DNA of 64,000 bases from Cyanophora paradoxa CCMP329 (GCA_004431415.1 QPMI01000010.1:248001-312000); one strand, 5' to 3'; shown: positions 48,591-63,199, numbered from the stretch's first letter. Notes: a model not told the origin generated them from the sequence alone. Translations and numbers: made by a program.

Positions 48591-51500
48591 ATGAGAACAG
48601 GCCGAAGCATGATGACGCCAAGAGTCGTGCAGCTGCTCGCTCTGGCTCTACAACTCTCTCTCATCGCCTCTCTGAGCGCTAGCGCGCATGCTCGCGGTCG
48701 TGATAGCTCCGGTAATCATAAGCTTTTTCATTATTGCCGATGCTCGGTGCGAGGCTGAAGGGGGAGGGGGGACATGTACGTGTACATGCGCAGGACATGG
48801 AAACGAGTGGTGGCGCTCGACGCACATTTCCGGATCTGGAAAACCGTTCCGGAGCCGCCCGGCGGAACTTGAGAACCACCATCAACTGCCGGGCTTCGAC
48901 CCGCAGCGACGCACAGACGAACGGGGTCACGTGCACTACGAGCACGCCGAGGTGCGAAGCGTGCCTTGCTGTACATGTATCGCACGCGCGCGATGCTTAA
49001 AATTACCCGTTGGCTCGCCATTTCCAGTGGCGGATGACTCGTGCCGGCAAACGGAGCCATTATCGGTGCGTTTGTGCATGCCGCTTACGTATACGTATAC
49101 ATCTGCGTAGTCAAGAAATGCGAATCTCGCAGGTACTCGGCGACGCAGACGGGAACTGTCTTTGAGCTCGATCGAGAGACGAGCGTTGTGGCCGTGCATT
49201 GCGCTCTTGCACCCGATATCGTTACCGTCGTGCTGGCCGGCCGTGGACCTGAGAACGCGACACATGCACATGCATACGAACATGGGCACGAACATGCCAA
49301 GAAGCTGCTAAGACCTGGCATGATCGTTGTTGGCAGCGAGCATTGGTTCGGTCGCTTGCCATTAAGTTTTATATTTCTATAGAAAGCAATATATACAGAA
49401 TACGTGAAGCGGTGTGTCGTAATCAAAGAATGCACAGGGGATGCGGGAAAGGCCCCGCGGTAGATGATCACGAGGATGCCGACGAAAGTGATCACGAGAC
49501 GCCGGCAACACACGTCAAGGTGCGATTTCTGCAGCATGCACATGCATATGGCTTTGCTATCGAACTCATGGAGTTTCTGAAGGCCGGGCTCATGGTCAAG
49601 ATTGTTGAGCTTCACATACACACATGTGCTGTTGACGTCAGCGTTGCACGTGCACACGCGGATGGAAGTCGCGGAAATGTTGTTCGCGGCACTTGTATTA
49701 CCATTAAGGGAGAACAAGCAGTTCTTGCGGTGCGCCTGCTGCTAGGAACCTGATCATGATCATGACTAGAATGAAAATCCACTCACAACTGTACGCATGC
49801 CTCGCATGTCTACATATATATCCAGGACATATTCAAACACCTCACATTGTCCTTCGTCACCGAGGATGCACATGGTTCACAAGATCGCGAGTGTGTCATA
49901 CGCGCACACTGATTTGTTTCCGAACATCACTTATCGCATCGTTCCCGGCCAGAGACTCCCGCCGCATCCCCCAGCATGTGTACCGTGCCCATGGGCCAGT
50001 CCGAGGGCACGACGAAGCAAAATTTGACGAATTCCATGAAGGCATGTGGAGCATTGCAAACCAAAACACATTCGTTGCAGCGCTGACCATGTTATCAGGT
50101 TTGGCACGCAAGGGACACATGCACGACATCATTCCGCGGCACTATCAGGCATCCAATTTGAACGAGCAAGACCGTAAACTGCATGCTTCCAGACGCCCCC
50201 ATTCTGACGCTCCCAGCGTCGGTAATCTGCATACGGACGCAAGATTTAGTTCTAGATCCCCCGATCCCGAAACCCGGACGGGTCGGATCAAAAGGCGAGC
50301 GGTCAAAGCGGTGAATGCGGAGAAAGTACAGGCCGAGGTGCGCTTAAGCGTTCTGAGCGCACGCACTCAGTTGGTTTTTCTATAGCTAATGCTCATTCAG
50401 TACGAGCTCGCCAAGAAAACAGGCAACGGCGCAGACCCGGTCAGCGATTACGTGGCATGGTCCATGAGAACTCAGAAATCCGATGAAATGCCAACCCACC
50501 TCATGGCATCCCAATACGGAGTTCCTGAAGCAGCGATGAGGAGCAGGCAAGCCAGAGGAGACGAGGCCAAAGAATCGGGGTGGACAAAATTTTGTAAGGT
50601 GAGATTCGCCGCGATAGCACTGGGGTGCCGCGTTGCCGTACGCGTCTTCTTGCAGATGGCATTTCGCAGGGATTTGTATCCATCGGAAAGAAAATTATTA
50701 GCTTCGTGAAGGATGTTGTACACGAGGTCGCAAATATTGCGAAGTGCGGCTTTTGTAATTCGAGAATAAACACGTGCACGCAAGTCTAAGATGCCGATGC
50801 CTGCTCAGAAAAGTGATTCACTTTGTAGTTGAGCTGCCCGTAAAAATTTTGAAAGTGATCGATGCTGCTACAGGTATCTGCTTTCGCTTCCAAATTGGTC
50901 TTTGCCCCGTCAATTCGCAATTCTAACTCCTTCGTCCCCTTGCTTTTGATCTCGCATGGCAGGCGGCGCTTTAAAATCCGTGGTAGAGGGTGCAGAAAGG
51001 TGCTTGCATTATGTAACTCGATTTTGACCGCTGCACCTTAACCAACTATCACTTACTTGGAGTATCTTCAGCGCCGTCAATGTATTGAAGTACGGAATCG
51101 ACACTGCTATCAATGCGGCACGCGCGCGGGCAACGTGAGCCGCGCTTTTTCAAGGATCCTGATGCAGCGTACAGGTCGAGTCTAGCATCAACTCTACACT
51201 CGACCTGGTCGCATTGGCACTGGATGCAGTAGCCTGTCTCGGAGGAGATTGGTACGATTTTGAAATCTGCATAGAAGGCGGTTTCGAATATTGTTCTTGG
51301 TACACGCACTTGCTGATACGACGATTCATGGCTAGCGACCTTACGTTCCGCAAGCCAACTTTTGGCGTTAGCTTCAATGTCAGTTCGTTTGCCGAATGCG
51401 GATGCATGCGCAATCACAAGGCATGTTTTTGATGCCGACGCCTCAGTTTGACGGCAACTCCCGCGCCCTCCTCGATGCCGCTTCAACAATCTCTTGACTA

Positions 51501-54500
51501 ATTTACAACTTCCGTGCTCATCGATATCATTGCAGAGAACTTCCACAGACAGATGATGAAGTGGGAGCCGATAGATCTAGGTGCATATGCACGCACCGTG
51601 ACAGCGCGGATTTCGCAAATTTGACGAATAGCAGACTTCAGTGTGGAAGCGGCGAAAGAAGGTTGATGAATATCTGAGCTTGTAAAGCTTCTGCGCAGCA
51701 TTATAAATTGAAAACCAATTTTGCAGCCGGAAATTCGAAAACCGAAGCGGTCGTCAATGTAGCCGGGAAAATCGTATTCGACGTGCGTGCTGTAATTAAT
51801 GCCATTATATTTAAAACGAAAGCTGCACCTATCATGTGCTTATGAGCGAATCACAGCCCGAGGAGCTTTACTTCTGGTCAGCTGTCCATTCAGCTTCTAG
51901 CGTTCTCGATATATTAATGTTAACGATTGCTCTGTGTGAATGGCATGCGCATGCACAGGGCGGGTACAGGCGCGTTTTTTGGGAATCCGCTGTTCCCTTG
52001 TAAACTTCACGTAGCTCATCCAGGATTTTTCAGGATTCAAATTTATGCTGAAAATCAAAAACTACGATCTGAAGCTCGTCTCTCTGAGCAAGTATGCTGG
52101 CAAGTTGATCTCGTTCTACTTCAATTCACTAAATGCGATGCTTGGTTTCTTGCATGAATATGTGTTTCGGCGCAGGCTTAAAAGCTTCTGCACAGTGCCG
52201 TCTAACTATTTCCATGTGCTTCTTTCTGGTCGGATTGCAAGATTACGAGATTGCTCGCGATCGCTCGAGCAACGCTCAAACACTAGCCTTGACTGATCGG
52301 TTTGCAGTAACATGCAGATTGGAGCCCAGAAGCCTATATGGCAGAAAGACTGGGATAAAAGCTTCTTCATAGTGCGCGAATCTCAGTCACAAATGCGCCT
52401 CTCTTTTCTTATGCGAATTCAGGGTCCTGTCATGGTCACAGTGAAACCTGAGGTTGTAATCAGCGTGGGCATATTTGGGGGTAGGCGAAATCTATTACAA
52501 TTGCTGGCGGATAAATCAAGTCGACGTCTTTCGCCAATGCTAACGCGTATGCCTGTTTTGCAGAGATATATGTGAATTGGGATCAATTGATTGGTATGAG
52601 GCTCGAGGCTGGCTTTGAACTTGGATTGAAATACGAAAACAACAAGTTGGCTCCAGTATGATCATTTCTGGTTCTTGCCCTATTGTTGGTCTTTAATTTG
52701 CCCATCTGTTTCAGATCGCCGGTGCGCAACTTAAGTGTGATCGTATCAACTGTACACGTACACATGAGGCTACCTTTTTCGGCGGAAATTGGCAGGCTGG
52801 ATGGACGGTGCGCTATAACTAACGATTTTTCCATAGCTGTAGTATAGCTATCGCTTTGTTCTGATTGTTGCAATTCCTCTGCTCAGATAAACCTCCTGTG
52901 GTTGAGGTTGGCTGTTCTGGTGTTCGAATTTATCATGCACTTTCATCGAAACCAACTTGAAGTCTGCGCAAATTATGTAGTTTCCAGAGATTGTTCCTCC
53001 AGACCAAGTTTGTGAGCTATTTTCGGCTTTGACTCAGCGATTGCACTTGCTGTTTGGCATTTCTGACTAGGATCGCCATACAGACATGAATTGCGTGATC
53101 CAAGTGGTCCCAGAAGGCAAGTACTATTCTGATTGCACCCCGCGGGTTAGTGTTGATCGGTGCAATCAGTGAACGTCCAGCTTGGAGTTTTTACTTTCAC
53201 GTAAGTGCCTTTGGATTAACAAGACGGTGTAGTTCTCGGTATCATGAGCCTCGAGCTTAAATATGCAGCAGGTTCCTGAAACTGGAAGTGCTTGTCACCT
53301 TGAAGTTTGGGGTGGTAAGAATTCGAAGACAAGTGATGTGCCGCCGTTTTTATTTTCAACGCATGCGTTCAAACACGTAGGTATTCACACCAGTCGGAAC
53401 ATCGAACGGAGCTGACGACACGTGTGTGGGAGGTGAGTTGATATCGCTCATGTACGAGGCTCATGTCGCTCATTCCGTGCACTGATGCCAATGGTGCTTG
53501 TCAGGAATACAGCTGTGGGTTGGGTTCGCATTCACAGATTCCTCCATCTGCAAATCTCATCTCACAAGTTCGCTGCTCCAATTAAACTCGCTGCAGGATC
53601 GTTCCGGTGAGCTCAAATCTCCAATCTTTACAGTAAAACCTGAGAGGTTGATTGCTTTTGTGATCGATTTCAGAGCATCGGGGCCCATCTTGTGCGTTGT
53701 TGCGCATGATACTTTGATCTGAACTCTGATGTTAGCTCAATGCGTGACTGGGTTTTACAGCAAATTGATGGTCGGTCTGAATTCCTATCTTAAGCTTTCA
53801 CGATGCTTTTCGTGCTTTCGCTAATTTCGATGACTCCGTCCTGCAGGACTCGTGCGTACGGAAATGAGATTGTTATGTGCGTGTAAAAAGCTGATCATGA
53901 GCAAATTTGTATCTTGCCCCGTAGGTGAAGATACCCGCGAGTGCTGCACTCACGTACACTCTCGCGTCGTGAGTTACTCACTCTTGTTCTGTCCCAAATT
54001 CGCAGCCGCTTATGCGCAATCGCAGGCACGATTTTAACAGAGACAGCAATATCTGGAAGCCAAAGATCGGTTCTCAATATCTGGATCAGATCGTGCTTTT
54101 CTCTACCGTTCGTCACCAATCCGTTCCCGGCTTTCGCAGTCGACTCTTGATGAATTTGTGCAGTGCGGGAATGCAGATCAGGGAGCGGACTCGGGCTCAG
54201 GCTCAGGAGCCGGGACAGGTTCAGGTTCGCTCTCAGGATCAGGCAACAAGCTCCTCAATATTACGAGCCGGTATGAATATGGCCCGCCATACTGCAAACA
54301 GCAGTATTGCTGTAGCTAGTCCTGATCGCCGACTATGTGGTCGGTGATTTCGTTCAGATCCCGAGACGCGCTCGAAGTCGGATGGGTGAGCTTGATCATA
54401 GAGTATTTATTTTTCGATTTTTCGATTTAATTGCCGGACGCAGCTCTACCCCGGCTCCCAGGCGCTTCAAGATGACGTCGTTGCTTTCGAAGTTCGTCTT

Positions 54501-57500
54501 CAATCTTGATACCAGAACACTGAAGAAACGCTCTTGAGCTCTATCTTCGAGCAGGCAGAGTATGGAGAGAGTGGGTCGACCTCAAAACAGAATACGTATA
54601 TTGCGGTTGCAGCGGCTTCCATGACGAGAAAGAGATACGAGTTGTTGACGAATCCGCAACTTCCTTTCTGGGTCGAGTCTGAGGAGGTGCAATTCAGCAA
54701 CGACGCATGCCCTCTCAGCCATGGGCTCGTCCTCCTTGTCGATTCCGACATCGGCAAAGCTATGTGCCAGTCCCTCGAGAGCGGCCTGACCAGCAACTAC
54801 GCCGCGTTTTTCAGCAACGTCATTGCTTCGGACATGCGAAGTGCCTATTCCTTTTCAATGAAGAACCTGAAGGAAGACACAGGTTCGCGTGTGCTATTCA
54901 CTCAAGCAACAGTCTAGATCTGACAAGAACCTGGATTCGTGCACGTACTTGCGCAGAATATGAAATCAAATTGTCTGGTACGTGTACAAAAGTCTCTGCA
55001 TATGCGGATGTACATCACTCCCACGAAAGCCCTGATGCACGCACGCAAAGCGGTTTTTGTTGATGGTGAAAAGCAAGAAGTCGAGTCTTTGAAGACCTTT
55101 ACGTTGGGTACGCCCGGTCTTTGCCCACTCAGGGTTCCGGTTGTTTAAAGACTTCAAATTTCGCAGCTCCTCCTGCTTTACCACCAAGCGACCTGCGAAT
55201 GTTGGTGCGTTCCGTTCGTAGGCGCACCTCATCAGTCCCCTGAAAAAGCCAACCGCAGGAAATCATCGCTGACTCACAAAACCCGGGACGCTTTGCTGCG
55301 TCTTTGGTGCGCTCCATGCCCCGGCCTATAGCTATCGCTATATATATATATATATATCTACAAGAGCATCTATAATTACGGCCTATACATCTTTATGTAA
55401 CAAGCGTATCGTTTGTGTGCTTTCGTTCAGACATGGACGCCAAATGCTGCGGTCCCGAAGCCGGCTGGAGCCTTCTTTCAGGTCTTTGCAATTGCGCTCC
55501 TTCTTTATGTACCTTCTGTCTCTCAATGATCATGATATCTCCAACAGGTTTTTATAAAGCCATTCCGGCAACCGCTGGAGGTTCCGAACCCCTGCGCGAA
55601 ACGGATGCGTCGCATTCCGTTTCGGTCCCCCTTGAGCTTAAAATCCTGCGAGCCGCAAGCCGGATACGCGCAGCCGCTCGACCCTGCAACTACCATCTTC
55701 CCTCCTAGACAGACTACACCATATCTGGATTACATACCCACTATGACAGCCGACGTCAGCACGCTGCTCGTGCGGGGTCTAAGCGCGGGGCTTGTCTACC
55801 ATTTTGAAGTGGCGCATGTGTTGCCGGAAAAGTATGACCCACAGCTGTTCGCGCCTGGAACACCATCCACTGTTCTACAGCTCCAGATGCCAGGTGCGTG
55901 CACGTGTACAAGATCGCTCGAATTCGAACTCAACTTCAAGCTTAAGGCTCATATTCATGTGTTGTGTGTGCTGCCAGGGCTTCCCGCGGCTGGCTTTATT
56001 ACTGGGAACACGTCCCTTCCTTTCGCTCTGAAGGTCGCGATACGAATTCGACGATTCTGTATACGAAGACTTTGAATCTAACATGCAAAAAGGTATCCCG
56101 ACTGGATTGCGGCGTTTTTAATGTCAGCTTCAGTCCGGCGCGCACGGGTTTTGGGGCTGCAGTCGCCGCCATTGCGAGACAGGCCGTCCTGAAGGTGCGC
56201 GGCCGGGCCACTGCAGGCCTAGGGCGCCCCAGTTGACGCTTCCGATCACATCGCTGCCCCCAATTGCAAGGTTTCGGACAACATTGGCGGCAAGGCTAAG
56301 TTCTTGACCATTGATTTGCTGCCCCTGAAGCCGTCATATGCTGTCTTTATCAATGTCTCTTCCGCGGTCATCAAGCGGACCGTGCAGCGCTCCTTTGTTC
56401 TGAATGCCGTGACTTCCGCTGGCTTCTCGCCGGATGCAGAGGGGAGCAATAAAGTCGCGCTGCTCGACCGACCCTGTTCCTCGGGCTCTTCCTCCAGTTC
56501 CTGCGCTCTGTGGCGCCTGGACGGTGACAGGGTTGAATATATCTTAACAGTCGTGATGTTGCCCTTCGGCTCACTGCGATCAATGCCTGCGTGCAGATGT
56601 CTTCATAGAGTGCCCTGAAGCGAGCTTCTCGGCGACGGCGTTCGACGAGGAGGAGATCCAGTGCGCAGATGCCGACGCTCCACAGGACGCGAGCAATATA
56701 CTGTGCATCGATGGCTCTGCAGACGACCCGATCCCCATCGCACGTCGCCATCTCCTCCTCTCGAGCGCTTCGGCACCTGTTTCTAGATCTGATGTGCAGA
56801 TTGGTGGTATGGAGACAGGGCACAGCTTCCCTTTCGGACGCCGCCGTGCGTCTCCGCGTTACTGCATTTATGTTTGTTCACGTGGAAGGGCCTTCGAATT
56901 CATGATCAGCTGACTCCACTGCGACAGTGCTTCAGGTGGACTCGGATACAGAGCTATTTAGTGACGAGCCGCCGCCGGCAACGGGACCAGACGAGGGCTT
57001 CCGCATCACCGACCCGCTCCCGATCGATCCCACGCTCGCGCGCGCCGCCGAGGCCGCCTATAGCCCGGCGGACCCAACAGCCATCGAACTCCCGATCGCC
57101 GGAGCGTTCCGAGCGACAGACATGTACAGGGCACCCGAGTACGATCCGAACAGTGCAGTCGCCAAGATGAAGAGAGACGTTGACCGCGCGACGCTGTTCA
57201 TGGCCACCAGACTGAAGCGGAACGCCACACAGCGTTACGTAAACACCGAGATAGACGTCGATCTCAGCAGGTCGCGCTGCCCGCCCGACTTCAAGTTTGC
57301 GGCTGGGCTCGGCCGAACACAGCGGGACTCGCTCTGCCCGTATCAAGTGGTGCGACGTTGCAAGGCGTTCCATGCGATGCATTCGACTGCGCTCAGCTTA
57401 AGCTTGCCCTTTGTGCAGACGGGCTACACGAAGGTGTGCGGCGTCTCTTCGACGCACGCGGTGCAGTTCCTGTTCACGGCCCCGCAATCGGCCCTCTACC

Positions 57501-60500
57501 GCTTCGATTCGTCCGCCTCAGCTTTTCCGACCATCATCGACCTCCGGAGCTTCGACTCGAATTCTTCGTGCGATCGCCTCGCCTGCACCAGACCATTCTA
57601 TTTAGGTCCGATATCCAGTGTAGCCGTCGAATGGCAGTGCTGACCAATGGGGACGCGCGGGTTCCTTATATCATACGTATGTACAGGCGTGAGCGGGACA
57701 GAGGCTGCAACCCAGGTCTCAGTCTTGACGTGGTACTTGAAGCAAGGGGCCGGCGTTGCGGTGACTGTGGCGGCAAACACCGGAGGCTGCGCCGAGGGCC
57801 CTGTCGTGCTCGAAATTGAGCTATATACGCCATACGACGACCGTGCGCCCACGCTTACGTCGGCTTTAGTGGGGCTCACGAGCCGAGCGGCTAATCAGCT
57901 TACTCTCAGACATCCTCGTCGATACCACCATAATAGAGGAGACGACGTTCAACGCATCCACAATCGCGCCGATTTCCGGCTCGGGGTCTCCTCCGCCCGC
58001 CGTGCTCTCTTCGATCAGCAACGCACTGGATTACGCCGCGTGGCGCATTGCGGAACGCTCCATATCGCGGCCGGTGCAGGCACGTGCGAGCGCCGTCCCT
58101 TGTTCGCCTCGTTTTTGAATGTACGTGCCTCCTTATCGGGAACCGCGGGTCGACTCCGTTTTCAGATTGGTATTTTCCTGATGGCGGGGAACTATTTTTT
58201 GAATTCAACTGGCCACGGCTGGTCGGTACCACAGACGGCTGCTGCGGCAGGCTCTACAATCTGGGTTCGCGATCGCCCCGTTTGCGCAAACCTACGCGTG
58301 TGGCGGCGGCTGGCTCAGGCCAACTTGTGATTGCACAGGTCCGGTCGCTCAGCGGCACGTTGAATGGACCCAAGTCAGCTGCCGACACCTTCGCAATCTG
58401 CCCCGTCGCCAGCGCTGCCTTTTTCTTCGGCCCCGCGAGCAGTTCGCCTCTCATCGTGCCCATGGTGCGAATAAATGCATCGATAACCGTGAGCATCTGT
58501 CGCTCTACTCGCTCTACCGACGCCTCCCAATCCTCTAGGGCCTTTCAATTGCCAACTGCTCTGGGAGCTACATCGATGCAATGGGTGCCGAGCGCCACAT
58601 GCCGCCGATCACAGTAAGCGGTTTGGCGGGCGTGACACTGCGAAACCTTGCGCTGGCGGGCAATTGGAACACGGGCGGCTCTGGCGGCTCCATCGTCGTT
58701 CAGGGCGGCGCTTCGGTTGTCATCTCTGGTTGCGCCTTCATTGGGGTGCGCTACTTCACAAGGACAATCCATAAGAACGCAGAGCGATTCAGTAACTCAT
58801 CTCTCCGCAGAACCGTGGGACGGGATCGGGAGGAGCCCTCGCAATTCTAGACGGAAGTTCCGCAACCGTCGTCAGCTGCGCATTTGCCAGAGTCCGTCGA
58901 CTTCTTATATAATATATCATCATATCTTCGCGATCGCACGATCATGATCAGATATAAGCTAAATATCAACATTGACATGACCGCTGTTGCAGAACTCTTT
59001 GTCTGAGATCGTGAGCTCTGGTGGCTCCGGCGGAGCAGTCGTCGTAGAGCAGAGCAGCGCCTTTTTCACGAATTGCACATTCAAGGAGGTGCGCCTGTTA
59101 GGTTTCGCAATCGCTGAATGCGCATGGCCACAGCGCAGCGGGCTTAAATTGGTTTCGCAGAATTCGGCGACTGCGGGCGGAGGCGCAATCTTTGCGCAAG
59201 GCGGAAGCATCTCGATCTCTAGCTCGTTATTTCAGCAGGCAAACCGCCCTTCGCACATGTACATGTACGAACTCAAGCGCATACTCAAATGCACGCATAT
59301 GCAGAACACCGCGGGGACGACTGGAGGGGCGATCGCAGCCAGCCGCTGCAAACTAAGCATTGAAGATACGATGTTGCAACGAGTGCGCATCTGGCGGCGA
59401 TGATCGTCTTTTTTAGCGTTTTGCTTATGACCATGATAACATGTTATCGGCTCAGAACACTGCATCAGTGCAAGGCGGTGCAATCGCTGTTTTGGACGGC
59501 TCCACATTCAGCTGCGCTCGTAGCTCTTTCTTGCAGAGCCAAGCCCCCATCGGTGCGCACAGCATGTGCACGATCCTCGACATCTACTGCATAAACAAAA
59601 CGTTTGGAATTCGTCAGGCGGCGCCCTCGTCGCCGGTGATCGCAATCAGGCGGCGGCAGGCCCGGTCACTTTCGAAGGCTGCTCTTTCCGGGTCGGCATG
59701 GGGCCAAACGCCGCACGGGCCTGCAGCTGCCCACGCTGATCTCGACCTGCGCGCATGTGCAGTCCAACGAGGCACTCTCGGCCGACTTGACCGCCACCAA
59801 CCGCGCTACGCGTTACGGCGGCGCCCTCGCCCTCTTCCGCGCCTCTGAGACGATCTCGATCCGTGGGGCGATCTTCGACTCAAACAGGGCCGATGGCGCC
59901 TCCTCCATCTTCGCCGCAACCCCCTTCGTTTTGCTGGAGTCTATTGTGACATCGGGTCTCGGGGACGCAATTTTTGTGAGCGATGCGAACGCCGAACTGA
60001 GCGAAGTAACCATCGCAAAGCATTTCAACGCACTGACCTCGGATCTAAATGGTAAGCAGCGCGCACGCGTGGATGTGCCGCTGTACGTAAGCTTCACATA
60101 TACCGTCGCCTGCATTCGCAGTCGGAGGTGCCGTTACTTGCACGGGAGCTTCGGCGTCGTTGCGATTATCGATGAGCACCTTCCGAGAGAATCTCGGCGC
60201 TGGACATGGTATTTGACTAACTATATAAACATATATACCTATCATAGTATATATTGATCGAGGCGTGGATGCGTGCCATTAATATATATATTGTGACTTT
60301 TACGTCTGCATCTTCAGGGGGCGCTGTCCTTGTACGCTCGGGGTGCAGCGCGGTCTTTACCAAGTCTCGCTTTGAGAGTGCGCTGAGTTACGTAAGTCAT
60401 GTCTTCTGAACTCACTCAATTGAACGTATCAGAGAATAGAGGTCTTACCGGAGGCGGTGTCGCTGTTGGTGTGCCTGGCGATAGCTCTGCCGATGCTGGC

Positions 60501-62839
60501 AGTGTCTCCTTCGTCAATGTCGGCTTCACGGAGAACGCGGTGAGCTGCCACCTATCTGTTACAAGCATTAAGGTTTCTGCAAACCTCCGCCGCCGTCGAC
60601 GTTTCCGCAGGCAAGTCCCTACGACCCCGATGATGCGCTGTACGCAGGCCCCAACAGGGGCTTCGGCGGAGGGCTCGCCGTCTTCGGCTCCACTTTGCCT
60701 GTTGCCGTATCGGGCTGCCTCTTTGTCAACAACACTGCCTTCACGGTCTCTTCGAGTTGTGATATCCCGTCATGCTTTGAACCTGCTGATCGGGTCCGGA
60801 ATCCGTTGCATGCAGGGTGGCGGCATCTTTGCCTCGAGCTCGCTGCACGTGACTGGGCAGCAGTCGATATTCATGTGCGTGTGTGATGCTGCGCACGCGT
60901 GCATGTGCTGGCGCACTGCAGCTGGTGTCTGATGTGTGCATATGACGCGCAGGGACAACATGGCAGGTTACCTGTGGTTTGACAGCGACGAAAGCAGCGA
61001 TCTTCAGAACGGCGGCGGAATCCTCGTCACGTCAGTAGAGCAGACAAGAAAGATCTCATTCGAAATAACAGACGCCGTTATCGTTCGCAACTTTGCAAGG
61101 GGTGTATACGGAGGCGGGATCGCTGTTCTGGGCACAAGTGATACCGTGCGAATCTCTATGAACGGGACAAAACTGCTCGTGCGCTGGCTACTCGTGGCTA
61201 TAAATTAATCTGTCTCTTCTTCAATTGCTGAGCCTGCATCCGCGACCATTGACAGAACAACGTTGTGATGTCGGACGACGGGCAAGGCGGAGGTGCGCAA
61301 TTTGCAAGGAGACGTATACAATCGCGCACATAAGCTTGTAATTGGACAAATATATAGAAGCTAATATATAAACATTTAGAGATATTTAAGCACACATCTG
61401 AAATCATGATCAGGTCTTTTTGTGGCCGAGGCGATGCTTGAGGAGGGATCGGACTTCGTGGCGACAGCAAATATGGCGCTGGGGGCATTCACGAACACTT
61501 TCTTCGGCGGGGAACTGAAAGCGATCGCGGACAACTACGCGCGGAACCCGCAGAATGCGAGGCCCACCAACAAAGCAGCCTTCAAGAGCTGCTTCGGGGT
61601 GCTCTGATGATGATTTGTATCACCTTGTTTATCATTGCAGGGTCCTGAAATTCGGGACATCTGCAGTGCACGCCCTGCCAGAAGTGCCAGCCGACAACGG
61701 GGCGATGTGTCTTCCCTGCTGACCTTGGTCTGCTCCCATGTCATCTTCAAGAGTCTTCCGCCTTGTATACGTGAGCGTGGCTCACGCACGGGCAGAGGAT
61801 TGGTGCCAATGGTCGGGAGCTTGCAACAAGGTCGGCACTCTGCTTCGAACTTTCTGCACATCTTACCCCGCTAATAATGGCACGAATCAGGACGCTTGTA
61901 AATTCGTGCAGATCGGCAATGCGGAGTTCGAGAGTTCAACGGGCTTCCAGACGCGCGCAGCTTCCGCGGCCTATTCTATAAGCTTCTCGCTTTCTTTCTC
62001 TTTCGAATAACCGTATTCGAATCTTCGCAGGATCCGCATCGATTTCGACTTTCCGTACACAGTGCCAACCTCGTCAGCTGCCGTCAACTGCACGAATTTC
62101 TTCCTGCCGGACTCGGCCAAGCTCCTCGGCACAGGTGCGCCAACTGCAGCCTGATTGCAGACGCGTTGCTGGCACGTGCACGGTCAATTCCTGAAGAACG
62201 CGACAGGAGCGCTGTGCGCCATCCAGTCGACGTCGGCACTCGCAGCCGTTGGAAGTCGAGCCCTCCTGCAATCGGGCAGCACCAGTACCCCAACTCGTCA
62301 GGTTAGTCGGGGCTGAGGCGCTGGCTTAAGCTTGCAGCTTGCGCCGGCCCCGGCGATCGATCGCGCTTGTGTGTTGATTGCGGGGCGATCAGCTGGTGAT
62401 CAGCCTGGGGGCGGGCTTCAATGTGCAGCCTGGCACCGTTCTTGAGCTAGATGCCGTGGGCCTACCGGTCCAGTATGGTGACATCTCAACGAACCCCATC
62501 GTACAGATTGCTATGGCCTGCCCCCATGCCAACCCCGCTGACCCCCCTTGCATGAATCATTGCCGCCGCTGACCGATCATACGCTCCGCGCGCTTTTTGC
62601 AGGCGGCACTACCAATATCCGCGCTGCAGGAGAAGCTGAGTCAGTTCAACGCCACCGGCGCAACGGCGGGGCGGGCCATGGCCGCCCAGGAGTCGCAGCA
62701 GCAACAGCGCGTCTCAACATCAGATGCGCGCGTCAACGCGACCCCCGACCTAGGCCTTAGCATCGTCACGGGCCTCGTGGCGTTCATAGTCGCTATTGCG
62801 CATGTTGCGTTGCACGGCGGGCGTCGGCAACCGATTTGA
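48591..62839 (+). CDS. Giant secreted/anchored surface protein: signal peptide, His-rich N-terminal region, Gly-Ser linker, FN3 domains, Pmp-type GGA(I/V) right-handed beta-helix, Cys-rich module, C-terminal hydrophobic anchor
   Basis: Signal MMTPRVVQLLALALQLSLIASL and linker GSGSGAGTGSGSLSGSG. FN3 motifs NITSRSRDALEVGW..YSFSMKNLKEDT|EYEIKL and VRGLSAGLVYHFEV. Pmp-type repeats NSATAGGGAI, NTAGTTGGAI, NTASVQGGAI and NFARGVYGGGI. Then CTPCQKCQPTTGRCV, LVISLGAGFNVQPG, and the C-terminus LSIVTGLVAFIVAIAHVAL..*. It may be more than one gene and has a possible internal stop at 54507. Confidence 0.6.
55339..55357. repeat. (TA)n microsatellite
   Basis: Directly visible. Confidence 0.85.
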
Positions 62840-63199
62840 GACCCGCATATACATACATACACCTTTTTTGAGCTATTGCTATAGCTAGCGTTAGTTATAT
62901 AACGTTGACTCTTTTTGCACGCACTTGGCTCCGCTGCTTCCCCGGGCCCGTTCGTGCGCGGCCGGGCGGCTGCCGGCACTGATCATGAGCGCCTGCCGGC
63001 TGGCCATGGGCGTTTCGCGTTGTGTTGGGCCCGGAATCACTCACGCTGTGTTGGCATATATATGCATCTCTGCCGTTGTGCGCACGGCAGTCACTGAATA
63101 ACCGTACCCTGGGCCCTGTCCTATACAGCTATGTCATGATGATCAAAGGTAATTCGAACTTGATACTCCGAGCTCCGAGGCTCGCCTGGATTGCAAGCT

